A DNA stretch of 52,749 bases from Nemertoderma westbladi (GCA_032718475.1 JAUCBJ010004461.1:1-52749), one strand, 5' to 3'; counted from the first letter of the stretch, positions 38,479 through 50,492 are shown. The notes: generated from the sequence alone by a model not told the origin. A program made the numbers and translations.

Positions 38479-39429
38479 TCAATTATTTTAGAATAATTTA
38501 ATTTCTGAATTTTAGGGGTTACTTGGTTACTTTACCTTACTTTATTACCGTTATTTAAGCAGTAGTTCAACTGACATTAAGACCTAATTGATGTATGACA
38601 GGCCTACTATTTTATAAATCGGTTTGAGTTGATTTATAATATATATACCCGTTTAATGGGTTTTGTCAATGTTTGAAATAAATGTTATTATTTCTGGGAA
38701 GGAGTCACTACAGAGAAGCTGTGTGCTCTCAGTGAAGTGCTACTTGTTGGACACTAAAACAAATAATTCTAATTTACCTAAGTTACTTAATACTACAAAT
38801 TACGTACAATTCGGGGTGAGATTACAATCTCTAAATAAACACAAAAATTACACGTACGAATTTTTAGGGTAATTTTACAAGAAGTCTACAAACCAGCCTA
38901 ACAAAGGGTTAGAATATCTGGTTATTACAACGGACAGGGTACTACGGTATTTGAAAATAACAAAGCAGTAGTAAATATACTACGTTGTCCAGATAGGAAA
39001 AATACCACCGTCTGACGACTTATAGCCGTATCGCTATAAGTACTACGTTATGTATCACGGAGTGTCCCTACCTAGAAGTTAATTACCGCGGTCTACTAGA
39101 ACGAACGTGTCTATTAACCACTTTACAACACAAATATTCTGGCTACACACTAATTACCTTCGGAAAGTATTGTACACTAAACCCTAAATTAGGTACAAGT
39201 ACTTATACAACAAATAATCAGCAGTTAGAAATACTTGTACAGCTAAAAGAACCACGGTATCTGCTGGAGTGACCGGGGCACAAAATCACCAGTCTTTACC
39301 TACGCCAAGCAGCCCTGATGTAGTACCGGGGTTAATTTAACTATAACGGTATGTATAACAAGCACAATTACTGTAGGAATAAACTTGGGGTTATGAATGT
39401 TGCGAATAATCGCATAAACTCTGAATAAT

Positions 39430-40002
39430 AAATATTACGCTACGCGTACAGACTACTCAAACAAAATATAGACCAAATGCTGGCAGACTACTATCAAGCC
39501 CAAACAAACTACAGTATATGCAGACTCCGAAATGGTTAGTTAGTATGCGTTCTAACCGAGTAGTACGACTTATTCTTTCAGGGGGATTGACCTAACAACA
39601 CTGGAAGCCCCTACATTCCTAACTAGTACTTTATCGGACATACATTCTACACACACCACAATCTCTTCAGACCTAACAACAGCCAGACAACAATCCAGCC
39701 TACAAATTATCTAAATAAGAAATATTACGCTACCCGTACAGACTACACAAACAAAATACAGACCAAACGCTGGCAGACTACTATCAAGCCTAAACAAACT
39801 ACAATATAGGCAGACTCCGAAATGGTTAGTTAGTATGCGTTCTAACCGAGTAGTACGACTTATTCTTTCGAGGGGATTTACCTCACAGCACTGGAAGCCC
39901 CTACGTTCCTAACTGGTACTTTATCGGACATACACTCTACACACACCGCAATCTCTTCAGACCTAACAACAGCCAGACAACAATCCAGCCTACAAATTAT
40001 CT
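39430..40002. repeat. 290-bp tandem duplication in the 5' leader
   Basis: aatattacgctac...tacaaattatct at 39431-39712 and 39721-40002. Confidence 0.9.
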
Positions 40003-40263
40003 GTACAATCTGAGCAGGCTTACACGCCTTCTGCTCAATATTGGCCTACAAATAAATAAAACTGACAGAAATAAGTAAAATCCCAATAAAAACCAGGCGT
40101 ACCCGATTACTTATTAAGACCTACCGGTATATAATTATAAAAATCGAATAATACTGCTGTACCTGTACTGCTGTAAGTACCGGTCCGGGTGGTTAGGTAG
40201 TTAGGCCTACTGGGTACCGGTTGACCAGTACTTCAGCTTTATTGCCTACTGCAATACAGAAGC

Positions 40264-40275
40264 TATAACTGTTAC
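40264..40275 (-). other. Non-tRNA primer-binding site (GTAACAGTTATA), complementary to LTR positions 41020-41031
   Basis: Abuts the 5' LTR end, lacks TGG, and forms a perfect 12-bp inverted repeat with a sequence inside the LTR. Confidence 0.7.
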
Positions 40276-41465
40276 TGTTCGCGCTTTCAGACCTTTAGCA
40301 GTTTAACCTGCCAAATTTAGATGTCTTCTAGATTATAAATCGACTTTAGCCTATGACGAGTATTTGATACACTACATTAGCCGAAGCCAGTCTATGCGCG
40401 ACCATTCACCCGCTGGATATACCCGGGAGACTGGATTCGGAAGCTTTGACCTTATTGCGGTGTAGGCCTACTGTATTATTCGACTGATTGTTAATATATA
40501 ATCTCTGACCAATATTATTCACTTTCGGGAAATATTAACAGTTCCTTTAGGACGTGGCGCTCTAAATATGTAAACAGAGTTATGACTTATACTAGACACA
40601 ACGGGATGGCTATGGATTCACGTATAAAGCGCATTCTTTAGGTGATGCTTTGTTACCTGTCACAGTCATGCACACTACCGCACAATGCTGCACACCGATC
40701 TGCCGACCTTCACTAATTTTGGTCACATATAAAGAGAACAGCAACAAACACATGTAGTGCCTATGAAATAGCATTAGAATCACTCCAAAACCAATGTAAT
40801 GTAAGTCGCAATTGTTATATGTAACCGGTCTCTCTTACCTTCAGTATATCAAGAAGATTGAGGGTTTTATAATTATTTATCGATATTATCCAATATAATA
40901 ATATTCCATCAACTGATATAATTAATAACCGACAGACAATAGCAGTAAAAATGCGTTGCGTAGTTGACAATATGATTTGACACACTGACTGGACTTGTGT
41001 CGTGTGGCGATATGATGTGGTAACAGTTATACGTTTCTATGACTAAAGCCTACTAATGTTTGGATAAAGTCTGAAACCACAGAAATTCTGAAAGCCGGTC
41101 TTCTGGCATCAGGAAAAAAGGTCAACATAAACAGTAATGCATTGCGCGATTTCCCGGAGGTTTCTGTACAAATAACAGGAGAATCGCTGTGATTGGTTGT
41201 CCGAACAAAGAGACAAAGGAAAAGCTCCACGTGTACAGATCAGCTGTTAGCCGTCGTCATAGTAACTACACTGTGTCAAGAGGATTTTAGCGTATTGCGA
41301 CATAAAATTGCTAGTTATGTCCGCTAAAGTACACATACAGCAGAAATGGCTTTTTTGTCCATTAAAACACCGGTACAGTAAGGAAACGGCTTTTTATGTC
41401 CGTTAAACCAACTACAGAGTACTTTGCGGGAAAAATAACCAGCTAATTCCGCAAAAGCTTTTACA
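40276..41465 (-). repeat. 5' LTR
   Basis: About 99% identical to 23071-24261; followed by TSD GGGGT. Confidence 0.95.
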
Positions 41466-42086
41466 GGGGTAGAACGTTAAGATCATACCTACTTAGAGGC
41501 CATAAACCGAAAGACCCACCCAGAGGTATAGTGTATCAGATACCGTGTTGCTGTGGCAACATATATGTAGGCCAAACCTTATACAGTCTTGATGTCCGTC
41601 TGACCCAGCATCAGGGCGATGTTAAACACCGTAGGCCCAACGCATCCGAGTTGTCGGGCCATCATGTAGCTACTGGACACATTCCATTATGGGATAGGGC
41701 AACAGTGATAGACTTGCACGGTAGGCTAATATTAGAGAGTATGTATATTCAATCATTGGGACCCCGGGCAGTTAACAAGAGATTATCCACAGACGTAGAT
41801 CATTTAAGTATAGCAGTGTTGGAAAGCGGGGGGTTCCTGAAAATTAAATCATTTTGTGCGTATAGTAATTTAGTAGTTAGGTAGTTAGGTACCTTTGTAC
41901 TGTTAAAAACATTTCATAAATAGGTAGCTGTAATAATGCATTAATTGTGTTTACATTCAGTTGATTATTGACAATGTGGGCCCTTAGCCCTTGAAATATA
42001 TTTATTTTATTATATTAAAACAGTAAATAAAACTTAATTCTTATTGATATTGCCTTACCATCCTCAATCGACTATTAACTGATTAT
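41466..42086 (+). mobile_element. Penelope-like element, GIY-YIG endonuclease and 3' pLTR (right part)
   Basis: GIVYQIPCCCGNIYVGQT...RLTQH...HHVATGH...RLILESMYI. Candidate 9-bp TSD GGATAGGGT at 22405-22413 and 42087-42095. Confidence 0.88.
41960..42005 (+). ncRNA. Degenerate minimal hammerhead ribozyme-like motif in the Penelope pLTR
   Basis: TTGACAA (consensus CTGANGA), then GGGC/GCCC stem, then GAAA, at the expected pLTR position; the core is mutated. Confidence 0.3.
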
Positions 42087-42099
42087 GGATAGGGTAATG

Positions 42100-42156
42100 T
42101 TTAGGAATGAAAAACCCTTAGACCCGTGCGGGGCTCGAACCCACAACCTCTGGGAC
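42100..42156 (-). mobile_element. tRNA-derived SINE-like head fragment
   Basis: Minus strand gaggttgtgGGTTCGAGCCCcgcacgggtc (B-box/T-arm); 5' half missing. Confidence 0.5.
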
Positions 42157-42829
42157 AAGTTATATGATTTCGGAGCGGATTAAACCATAATGGCGGGATG
42201 GGACTTAAATATGTATTTTTAATTATTTGATTAAATTATTTTACGTGGTGAAAGGTGTATATATAGTAGATAATAAGTAAATAATAAGAATTGACAATTA
42301 GTTTCTCTCTTGTAATTCCTCATAAAAAATATATTAAAATAAGCGCAGATAATTATATTCTGTGACAACATAACAATTTTCGTCTATATTATAATATTTT
42401 ATTTATAATAGCTAGGGCCTTGAAAAGGTTAAGACAGTCATACAATTTTGCATTGAACAATAAACTATGTAGGTCACCATCCACCAGTTAGGGGGGAAAA
42501 CTGGACGCAATAAAAATTCATCCCCCTCCAGGGGAAAGTTTACGTGAATAACAGCAGATTACTCTCAAAAATAAAACTGCAACCTGTTTAGTGTTTAGTT
42601 TATTGTTTTGGTTAAAATAACATGCCATTGAAACCTGCTCCTATCCCTAAATTGAGAATTTAATATTGAGGCGGGATATTAATTCGCCAAGATGGCGAAT
42701 TCATCCAATTCATCCAGTACCCCCCCCCCCCCCCCCCCCCCCCCCTTTCTCTCATCCACAGTTTGAATTATAACATCTGGAGAAAACCAGTCACTCAACC
42801 CTTGGTGGGATAAATATTTCTCCATTTGA

Positions 42830-45495
42830 CGCAACACCGCCGCGGCCGCTATGAGGGAGGTGAATACCGCGGCCGCTCCTAAAGCCGCAGGCCATCGCTA
42901 ACTATATAGGTTAACTTGGGATTCTGGGGGACTTTTCGATGAAGGAACTGACCAAATTTTTTTATTTTCTCACCAGGGGAGCGGCTCGGAATTCTAAGAT
43001 ATTAGCAACTCTAACATTATTAAATCTAACACTTCGACGGACAAGGCGGACAAAAAACCGTCATTTTTTCGACAATTTTAAAATTTTTTTGAAAGGCGCT
43101 CTACAGTGGCTCGAAAAAACCCTAGGTTATTGCTTAGCCGACGCCGGGATACGATAGAAGGGATTAATTAGTGAATTCGTTTTTTTTTTCAAAAAAGATT
43201 ACCACGCCTTTTTTCCGAAAATGTCCGTCAAAGTTGAAAAAACGGACAAAATGACTTTGCGGGATCCGCTATAACTCGGCTAATATTAATCGTACGGGGA
43301 CGAAAGTAACGCGGTTGGAAAGGGGAAGAGTGGTACTACCTTCGTATCGAATGGGGGTAAGATATTTATTAAAATTTCGGGTGGAAAAAGGGGCTGTAAA
43401 TTTGTACGTTTTTGTCCGTCTTTTTTGGAACAGTTATTTCCGAAATGTTTAATTCGACAACGCGGGTAGGAATCCACTAATTCTTTTATGAAACTCGTAG
43501 AAGACCATTGGGGCTACGTTCCTATCGAATGGGGGTACAAAAAATATGTCGGCAATAGGGGCCAAAAAGGGCCAGAATTTGTAAAGTAGTTTTTATCGAA
43601 TAATTTTTTATTTTTAACTTTAGTTGGTTAAGGTACATTCTATACAGTCAATATCCATACGGGGAATTCAAATATGCTATCGGTTTTGCTCCAAGGATGA
43701 TATTAAAAAAATGAGGGCCAAAATTATAATTTCGCGCTTCAAACTTGCTTCGCGGGAAATCGTCTAGCTCGAAAACTACTTAACTTACGGGAGATTTGTT
43801 TACACAGACTTATAGTGCGTTAAATTATCTATCTAACAGCGTTAATCACAGCGCCGGAGGTATTATAAAACTGGAGCGGCAGGCGATCGTGTGAAATATA
43901 ATATTTATAAAAAGGGACGAAAAATTTTTTTTTTTAACAAATCGCTATTCCATTATAATTTAGCGTATTGCGCCAAAAGTACCTGTAAAAAGTATCAAAT
44001 TAACTCCGCTATCTTTTATCTTAACATATATAATTAAAATTACGAATTTTAAGGGTCGAAAAATATCGCGTTATTTTGGCCCTTTTTTTTAATTTTTTTT
44101 GGGGCCAAAAATAACCCCTTCTCAAAAGATTAAGAAAAAAATTACGGCAAAGAATATACCAATTTTATTGAATTTGGACCACCAGAACCGAAGTTAGAGC
44201 GATTTTAGTGAAAAAATAAAAATAATTTTTTTTGCAAAAAAATTAAGAATGGTCAGGTCAATATTGGATTTCGAACCCGCGAACTTAGGTTTCATTAACG
44301 TGATTGATAACCACTAGACTATGTGACCAAGAGAATTTGAAATTTTCGAGTGACTATTTTTAAACATCAATAACTTCGGTTCTACTGGGCCGTTTAATCT
44401 GAAACTTTTTTCATTGGATAGAGGATAGATTGTAGTGTGTGAAATAGGATAAAACTTGGGAAAAGACTTATGTGCACTTAGTGCAAAATGCACTTAAATA
44501 GTGAACATTTTTTCGATATTTCAAACACTATTATTTCCAGTTCTATTCATCGTAGAATGTTATTTTTTGGATTAAAATGTAGTTTGGAATGATTTCTAAC
44601 TATAATCGTAACATTTGTTTAACTTTTTATGTCTATAAAGTGACTTAAAATGTCCATGAATATGGTCCATAATCGCAAATCCAGATTTATTAAATTGGAT
44701 TTTTGACACTTTTAGCGACTGACACTTGATCATACACCATCGTAGATCGGTAGAGGATAAACATAAGTTTGTTAAATAAGAGCCACCATTACGATCTGCT
44801 AAAGTGCATTTGTACAAATATGTGTGCAAAAGTGCAAATTTTTTAATAAGGTCAAATTATATAGTATTGGGTTATTTTCTTTGCAGATACTTTATTTTCA
44901 TATTAATATGTTGTTTGAACCTTACTGAGCGCATTAGGGGATATGCGTACAAATAACCGGCCCTTATGAGGCTTCGATTGGGTAAATTAATAAAACATAA
45001 GGTTGTATAGTATAATATTCTAAAAACCAGTGTGATATTAAATGCACTTTAAATAATAAATAGAAATCAAATAACAATTGGACCACACAATTAAAACTCG
45101 CACAATTTTGTACTTATTATATCGCTTCAAATTAATTCAACAGTGGATATTTGGGGGAAGGGGGAAGTTACAGTGTGCATTCGGGGGAAGTTTGGTGAAC
45201 TGCATTTATGCAGTGAATCCAAACTTCCCCCTTTGATATATCATATACTTAAGACATGCTAGGGTGACGGGGAAATATTTGTTACTGTCACACTTTGCTT
45301 CCATTTATCCTATCCTTTATTATTACCCCAGTCAGATAAGAGATAATAAATCAGTAAAAACTAAACTAAACTGTCTTTCATGCAAACAAATTTCTAACTA
45401 AAGACGGGTGAATGACCATGACCATGGAAATAATTTTAAATATAATTGTATATCAACTATTTGGGGAGGCTTCCAAGTTAAACCCGAAAACAATT
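42830..45495 (-). mobile_element. Non-autonomous Helentron/HINE-like element (second copy about 45857-48525)
   Basis: Subterminal inverted 9-mer TTAACTTGG (42911-42919) / CCAAGTTAA (45473-45481), T-run at one end, GC palindromes GCGGCCGC x2 (42842, 42869) beyond the other repeat; non-coding; a diverged fragment also occurs at 5192-5268. Confidence 0.5.
44256..44328 (-). other. 73-nt tRNA-like module (A and B boxes) inside the repeat unit
   Basis: GGTCA..TAGTCTAGTGG...GGTTCGAAATCC..TGACC; acceptor ends pair but there is no proper anticodon stem. Confidence 0.55.
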
Positions 45496-47281
45496 ATTTT
45501 GTTACTTATAGTAAATAACGTTGTATGTTCTTCTTCCTCTCATAATAAAATATAAATGAAATATCTCAGATCGCTATGCCCTGTAACATTTCACAACCAA
45601 AATATTTAAGTGTGAAAAGTGTAGGCCTACCACACTCCGCCCAAACAACCGCAAACGCATAGCCAACAAATTTAACAAAAGGTTACATACATGTTGGGTT
45701 CATGACGAGATGAGTGAAAATTGATCGCGTAATATAAAGTAAAAAATTAAGAGACGGGCTGGCTCTCCTCCACTTTCTTACCCAATGGATATGTTGTTGT
45801 AATAATCTAATATTGGGGCGGCTTTCTCTCGGTGGGATAAATATTTCTCCATTTGACGCAACACCGCCGCGGCCGCTATGAGGGAGGTGAATACCGCGGC
45901 CGCTCCTAAAGCCGCAGGCCATCGCTAACTATATAGGTTAACTTGGGATTCTGGGGGACTTTTCGATGAAGGAACTGACCAAATTTTTTTATTTTCTCAC
46001 CAGGGGAGCGGCTCGGAATTCTAAAATATTAGCAACTCTAACATTATTAAATCTAACCCTTCGACGGACAAGGCGGACAAAAAACCGTCATTTTTCGACA
46101 ATTTTAAAATTTTTTTGAAAGGCGCTCTACAGTGGCTCGAAAAAACCCTAGGTTATTGCTTAGCCGATGCCGGGATACGATAGAAGGAATTAATTAGTGA
46201 ATTCGTTTTTTTTTTTCAAAAAAGATTACCACGCCTTTTTTCCGAAAATGTCCGTCAAAGTTGAAAAAACGGACAAAATGACTTTGCGGGATCCGCTATA
46301 ACTCGGCTAATATTAATCGTAAGGGGACGAAAGTAACGCGGTTGGAAAGGGGAAGAGTGGTACTACCTTCGTATCGAATGTGGGTAAGATATTTATTAAA
46401 ATTTCGGGTGGAAAAAGGGGCTGTAAATTTGTACGTTTTTGTCAGTCTTTTTTGGAACACTTATTTCCGAAATGTTTAATTCGACAACGCGGGTAGGAAT
46501 CCACTAATTCTTTTATGAAACTCGTAGAAGACCATTGGGGCTACGTTCCTATCGAATGGGGGTACAAAAAATATGTCGGCAATATGGGCCAAAAAGGGCC
46601 AGAATTTGTAAAGTAGTTTTTATCGAATAATTTTTTATTTTTAACTTTAGTTGGTTAAGGTACATTCTATACAGTCAATATCCATACGGGGAATTCAAAT
46701 ATGCTATCGGTTTTGCTCCAAGGATGATATTAAAAAAGTGAGGGCCAAAATCATAATTTCGCGCTTCAAACTCGCTTCGCGGGAAATCGTCTAGCTCGAA
46801 AACTACTTAACTTACGGGAGATTTGTTTACACAGACTTATAGTGCGTTAAATTATCTATCTGACAGCGTTAATCACAGCGCCGGAGGTATTATAAAACTG
46901 GAGCGGCAGGCGATCGTGTGAAATATAATATTTATTAAAAGGGACGAAAAATTTTTTTTTTTAACAAATCGCTATTCCATTATAATTTAGCGTATTGCGC
47001 CAAAAGTACCTGTAAAAAGTATCAAATTAACTCCGCTATCTTTTATCTTAACATATATAATTAAAATTACGAATTTTAAGGGTCGAAAAATATCGCGTTA
47101 TTTTGGCCCTTTTTTTTAATTTTTTTGGGGCCAAAAATAACCCCTTCTCAAAAGATTAAGAAAAAAATTACGGCAAAGAATATACCAATTTTATTGAATT
47201 TGGACCACCAGAACCGAAGTTAGAGCGATTTTAATGAAAAAATAAAAATAATTTTTTTTGCAAAAAAATTAAGAATGGTCA

Positions 47282-47354
47282 GGTCAATATTGGATTTCAA
47301 ACCCGCGAACTTAGGTTTCATTAACGTGATTGATAACCACTAGACTATGTGACC
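47282..47354 (-). other. Second copy of the tRNA-like module (B-box mutated to GGTTTGAA)
   Basis: Duplicate of 44256-44328. Confidence 0.5.
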
Positions 47355-48899
47355 AAGAGAATATGAAATTTTCGAGTGACTATTTTTAAACATCAATAAC
47401 TTCGGTTCTACTGGGCCGTTTGATCTGAAACTTTTTTCATTGGATAGAGGATAGATTGTAGTGTGTGAAATAGGATAAAACTTGGGAAAAGACTTATGTG
47501 CACTTAGTGCGAAATGCACTTAAATAGTGAACATTTTTTCGATATTTCAAACACTGTTATTTCCAGTTCTATTCATCGTAGAATGTTATTTTTTTGGATT
47601 AAAATGTAGTTTGGAATGATTTCTAACTATAATCGTAACATTTGTTTAACTTTTTATGTCTATAAAGTGACTTAAAAATGTCCATGAATATGGTCCAAAA
47701 TCGCAAATCCAGATTTATTAAATTGGATTTTTGACACTTTTAGCGACTGACACTTGATCATACACCATCGTAGATCGGTAGAGGATAAACATAAGTTTGT
47801 TAAATAAGAGCCACCATTACGATCTGCTAAAGTGCATTTGTACAAATAAGTGTGCAAAAGTGCAAATTTTTTAATAAGGTCAAATTATATAGTATCGGGT
47901 TCTTTTCTTTGCAGATACTTTATTTTCATATTAATATGTTGTTTGAACCTTACTGAGCGCATTAGGGGATATGCGTACAAATAACCGGCCCTTATGAGGC
48001 TTCGATTGGGTAAATTAATAAAACATAAGGTTGTATAGTATAATATTCTAAAAACCAGTGTGATATTAAATGCACTTTAAATAATAAATAGAAATCAAAT
48101 AACAATTGGACCACACAATTAAAAACTCGCACAATTTTGTACTTATTACATCGCTTCAAATTAATTCAACAGTGGATATTTGTGGGAAGGGGGAAGTTAC
48201 AGTGTGCATTCGGGGGAAGTTTGGTGAACTGCATTTATGCAGTGAATCCAAACTTCCCCCTTTGATATATCATATACTTAAAACATGCTAGGGTGACGGG
48301 GAAATATTTGTTACTGTCACACTTTGCTTCCATTTATCCTATCCTTTATTATTACCCCAGTCAGATAAGAGATAATAAATCAGTAAAAACTAATCTAAAC
48401 TGTCTTTCATGCAAACAAATTTCTAACTAAAGACGGGTGAATGACCATGACCATGGAAATAATTTTAAATATAATTGTATATCAACTATTTGGGGAGGCT
48501 TCCAAGTTAAACCCGAAAACAATTATTTTGTTACATAGTAAATAACGTTGTATGTTCTTCTTCCTCTCATAATAAAATATAAATGAAATATCTCAGATAG
48601 CTATGCCCTGTAACATTTCACAACCAAAATATTTAAGTGTGAAAAGTGTAGGCCTACCACACTCCGCCCAAACAACCGCAAACGCATAGCCAACAAATTT
48701 AACAAAAGGTTACATACATGTTGGGTTCATGACGAGATGAGTGAAAATTGATCGCGTAATATAAAGTAAAAAATTAAGAGACGGGCTGGCTCTCCTCCAC
48801 TTTCTTACCCAATGGATATGTTGTTGTAATAATCTAATATTGGGGCGGCTTTCTCTCGTTGGTATATAAATGAAGATATATATGCAACAAAATAATATA

Positions 48900-50144
48900 T
48901 ATAATGGTAGATACGAAGTCCAACTCCAAACGGAATGAATTAATCTTAAAGTCGAACCATCTTCCGATAGTAAATGTTGAGGGAAGAATTCACCAGGTTT
49001 CTCCCATGTGCTTGGGTCCCTTAGCGAACTCCGTAGGTTTCCAATAATTACATCACGGGGGTATATCGTATAGTTTTTAAATATGACTTCATGAGGAACA
49101 TTATAACCAACTTTACTTCGAGCAATAACCCCAAATCTGAGAACCTCGAACAAACAAGCCTCAAAATATGGCATCTTGGAGAAATCTTCTACTGTGGGAA
49201 ATCTGTCTCTACCGACAACTTCAACTAATATTTGTTGATATTTCATCTGGATATCAGGATATGTCTCCATTATGAGGCCAAACCAGTTCAATGCGCTTGC
49301 GGTTGTTTCTGATCCAGCAAGGAAAATATCTGATATTGAACATTTGAGGTTGAGATCTCTGTAACAAGCTGATGTCTCTGGTTGACTTGATTTGCTCCAT
49401 TTCTTTTCCTCTATAAGGTGACAGTCAATGTAATCTCTGGGTGATTCGTAGTCTATGGACTCGCGATGCTCCCACATGATTTTTCTAAGTATTTTAAATA
49501 ATTTTTCTCGAAGTTTAAAAAGGTTCTTATGATCACTAATGAATATATTGGTTAGAAATTCTGGCAATGAAAAGAGAAGAGGATTTATCCGAATATGTTG
49601 ATCTACCAAATCAACCAGTTGGTTAAACAATTTATCTTCATAATCAAATCGTCCAGTAAAGACAACGCTGTTGAGAACATTTACAGCTTTATTGAGGATC
49701 TTATGTGAATCAAATGCCTCACCATCAAGTTTGGCGATCCAATCATTGAACATACCCACCTCTTCCATAGCATGGTCTTCTAAGCTTCTTCCGCCAAGGT
49801 GGACTTGCCTTTAAGACTGACATGAATAATTTGCGATGGTAAGACCATACCTTCCCGCTAGCTGTTCCTATACTGAAAATTGGCTGCTATTATCGACCAA
49901 AGCTTGTCGTATCAAGCGAAAGGAATTAATTATAATAACATCAATACCTGGTCCTTGGTATGTACAAAAATATAATCCCAGAGTTCAACTCTGCTCCATT
50001 TGGCCCATACAGCTTTTCTATTGAGAAAGCGGGTGTTCCAGAGCGTGAGAATATTTCCGATAATGGGCAATCCCTATGCTTGGATCTATTGAGCATAAAG
50101 TATGTAACAAAAACAGAAACAAATAAAATTACAATAGTCAACAT
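48900..50144 (-). pseudogene. Intronless cytochrome P450 pseudogene (CYP2-clan-like)
   Basis: N-terminal TM anchor, GLPIIGNI (shifted frame), PRDYIDCHL, I-helix FLAGSETT, K-helix EVLR. The heme motif is frameshifted and mutated to PFGVGLRIY (Cys to Tyr), then truncated. Confidence 0.9.
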
Positions 50145-50229
50145 CCTCAGGTCATTGGAGCAGGCTGCGCATTTGGTCTTTTTATACTTGTCTGATGATA
50201 AGGGAACAAGCTCCAGGAATGGACATCAA

Positions 50230-50490
50230 CATAAGCTTGTTGATTAGTTCTGCTACTTGGGATCATGGATCCAGAAGTCAGGTGAGGACCTGAGGACTGA
50301 GACAGCATTAATTGGATTATCAGGATTTGGATTCGAATACATCCTTAATGCTCGACTATTTACAGCAGCAGTGGTAACAGTACTCCTATATGGGAGTCTA
50401 GACAGAGCTCTAACTGGTGAGGACACCAATTCTCTAGATGGCACATATAGAAGAATGCTTTGTCCGGTTCACTGTGCCAAAGCCAAGCAC
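50230..50490 (+). mobile_element. RTE-clade LINE RT-thumb fragment
   Basis: YLGSWI...RLFTAAVVTVLLYGS...LDGTYRRML motif. Confidence 0.65.
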
Positions 50491-50492
50491 AC

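Larger units (their letters stand above)
23071..41465 (-). mobile_element. 18.4-kb LTR retrotransposon carrying a Bel/Pao gag-pol and extra ORFs
   Basis: Two TG...CA LTRs (1191 and 1190 bp), 5-bp TSD GGGGT (23066-23070 and 41466-41470), PPT before the left LTR; all recognisable internal genes are on the minus strand. Confidence 0.93.
42804..48857. repeat. Head-to-tail tandem duplication of a ~3027-bp non-coding unit (42804-45830 and 45831-48857)
   Basis: Both units start ggtgggataaatatttctcc and end ggggcggctttctctc; roughly 99% identical by eye. Confidence 0.95.

Noticed and set aside
42720-42745. Long C run (and G run at about 22536-22556) as a G-quadruplex element
   Set aside because: Homopolymer lengths are unreliable in assemblies and there is no supporting context.
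44256-44328. Functional tRNA gene
   Set aside because: Anticodon and T stems do not pair properly; reported only as a tRNA-like module.
48710-48900. Novel P450 C-terminus in the 352-aa ORF
   Set aside because: Read-through after a frameshift into repeat sequence that is also present at 45683-45830.
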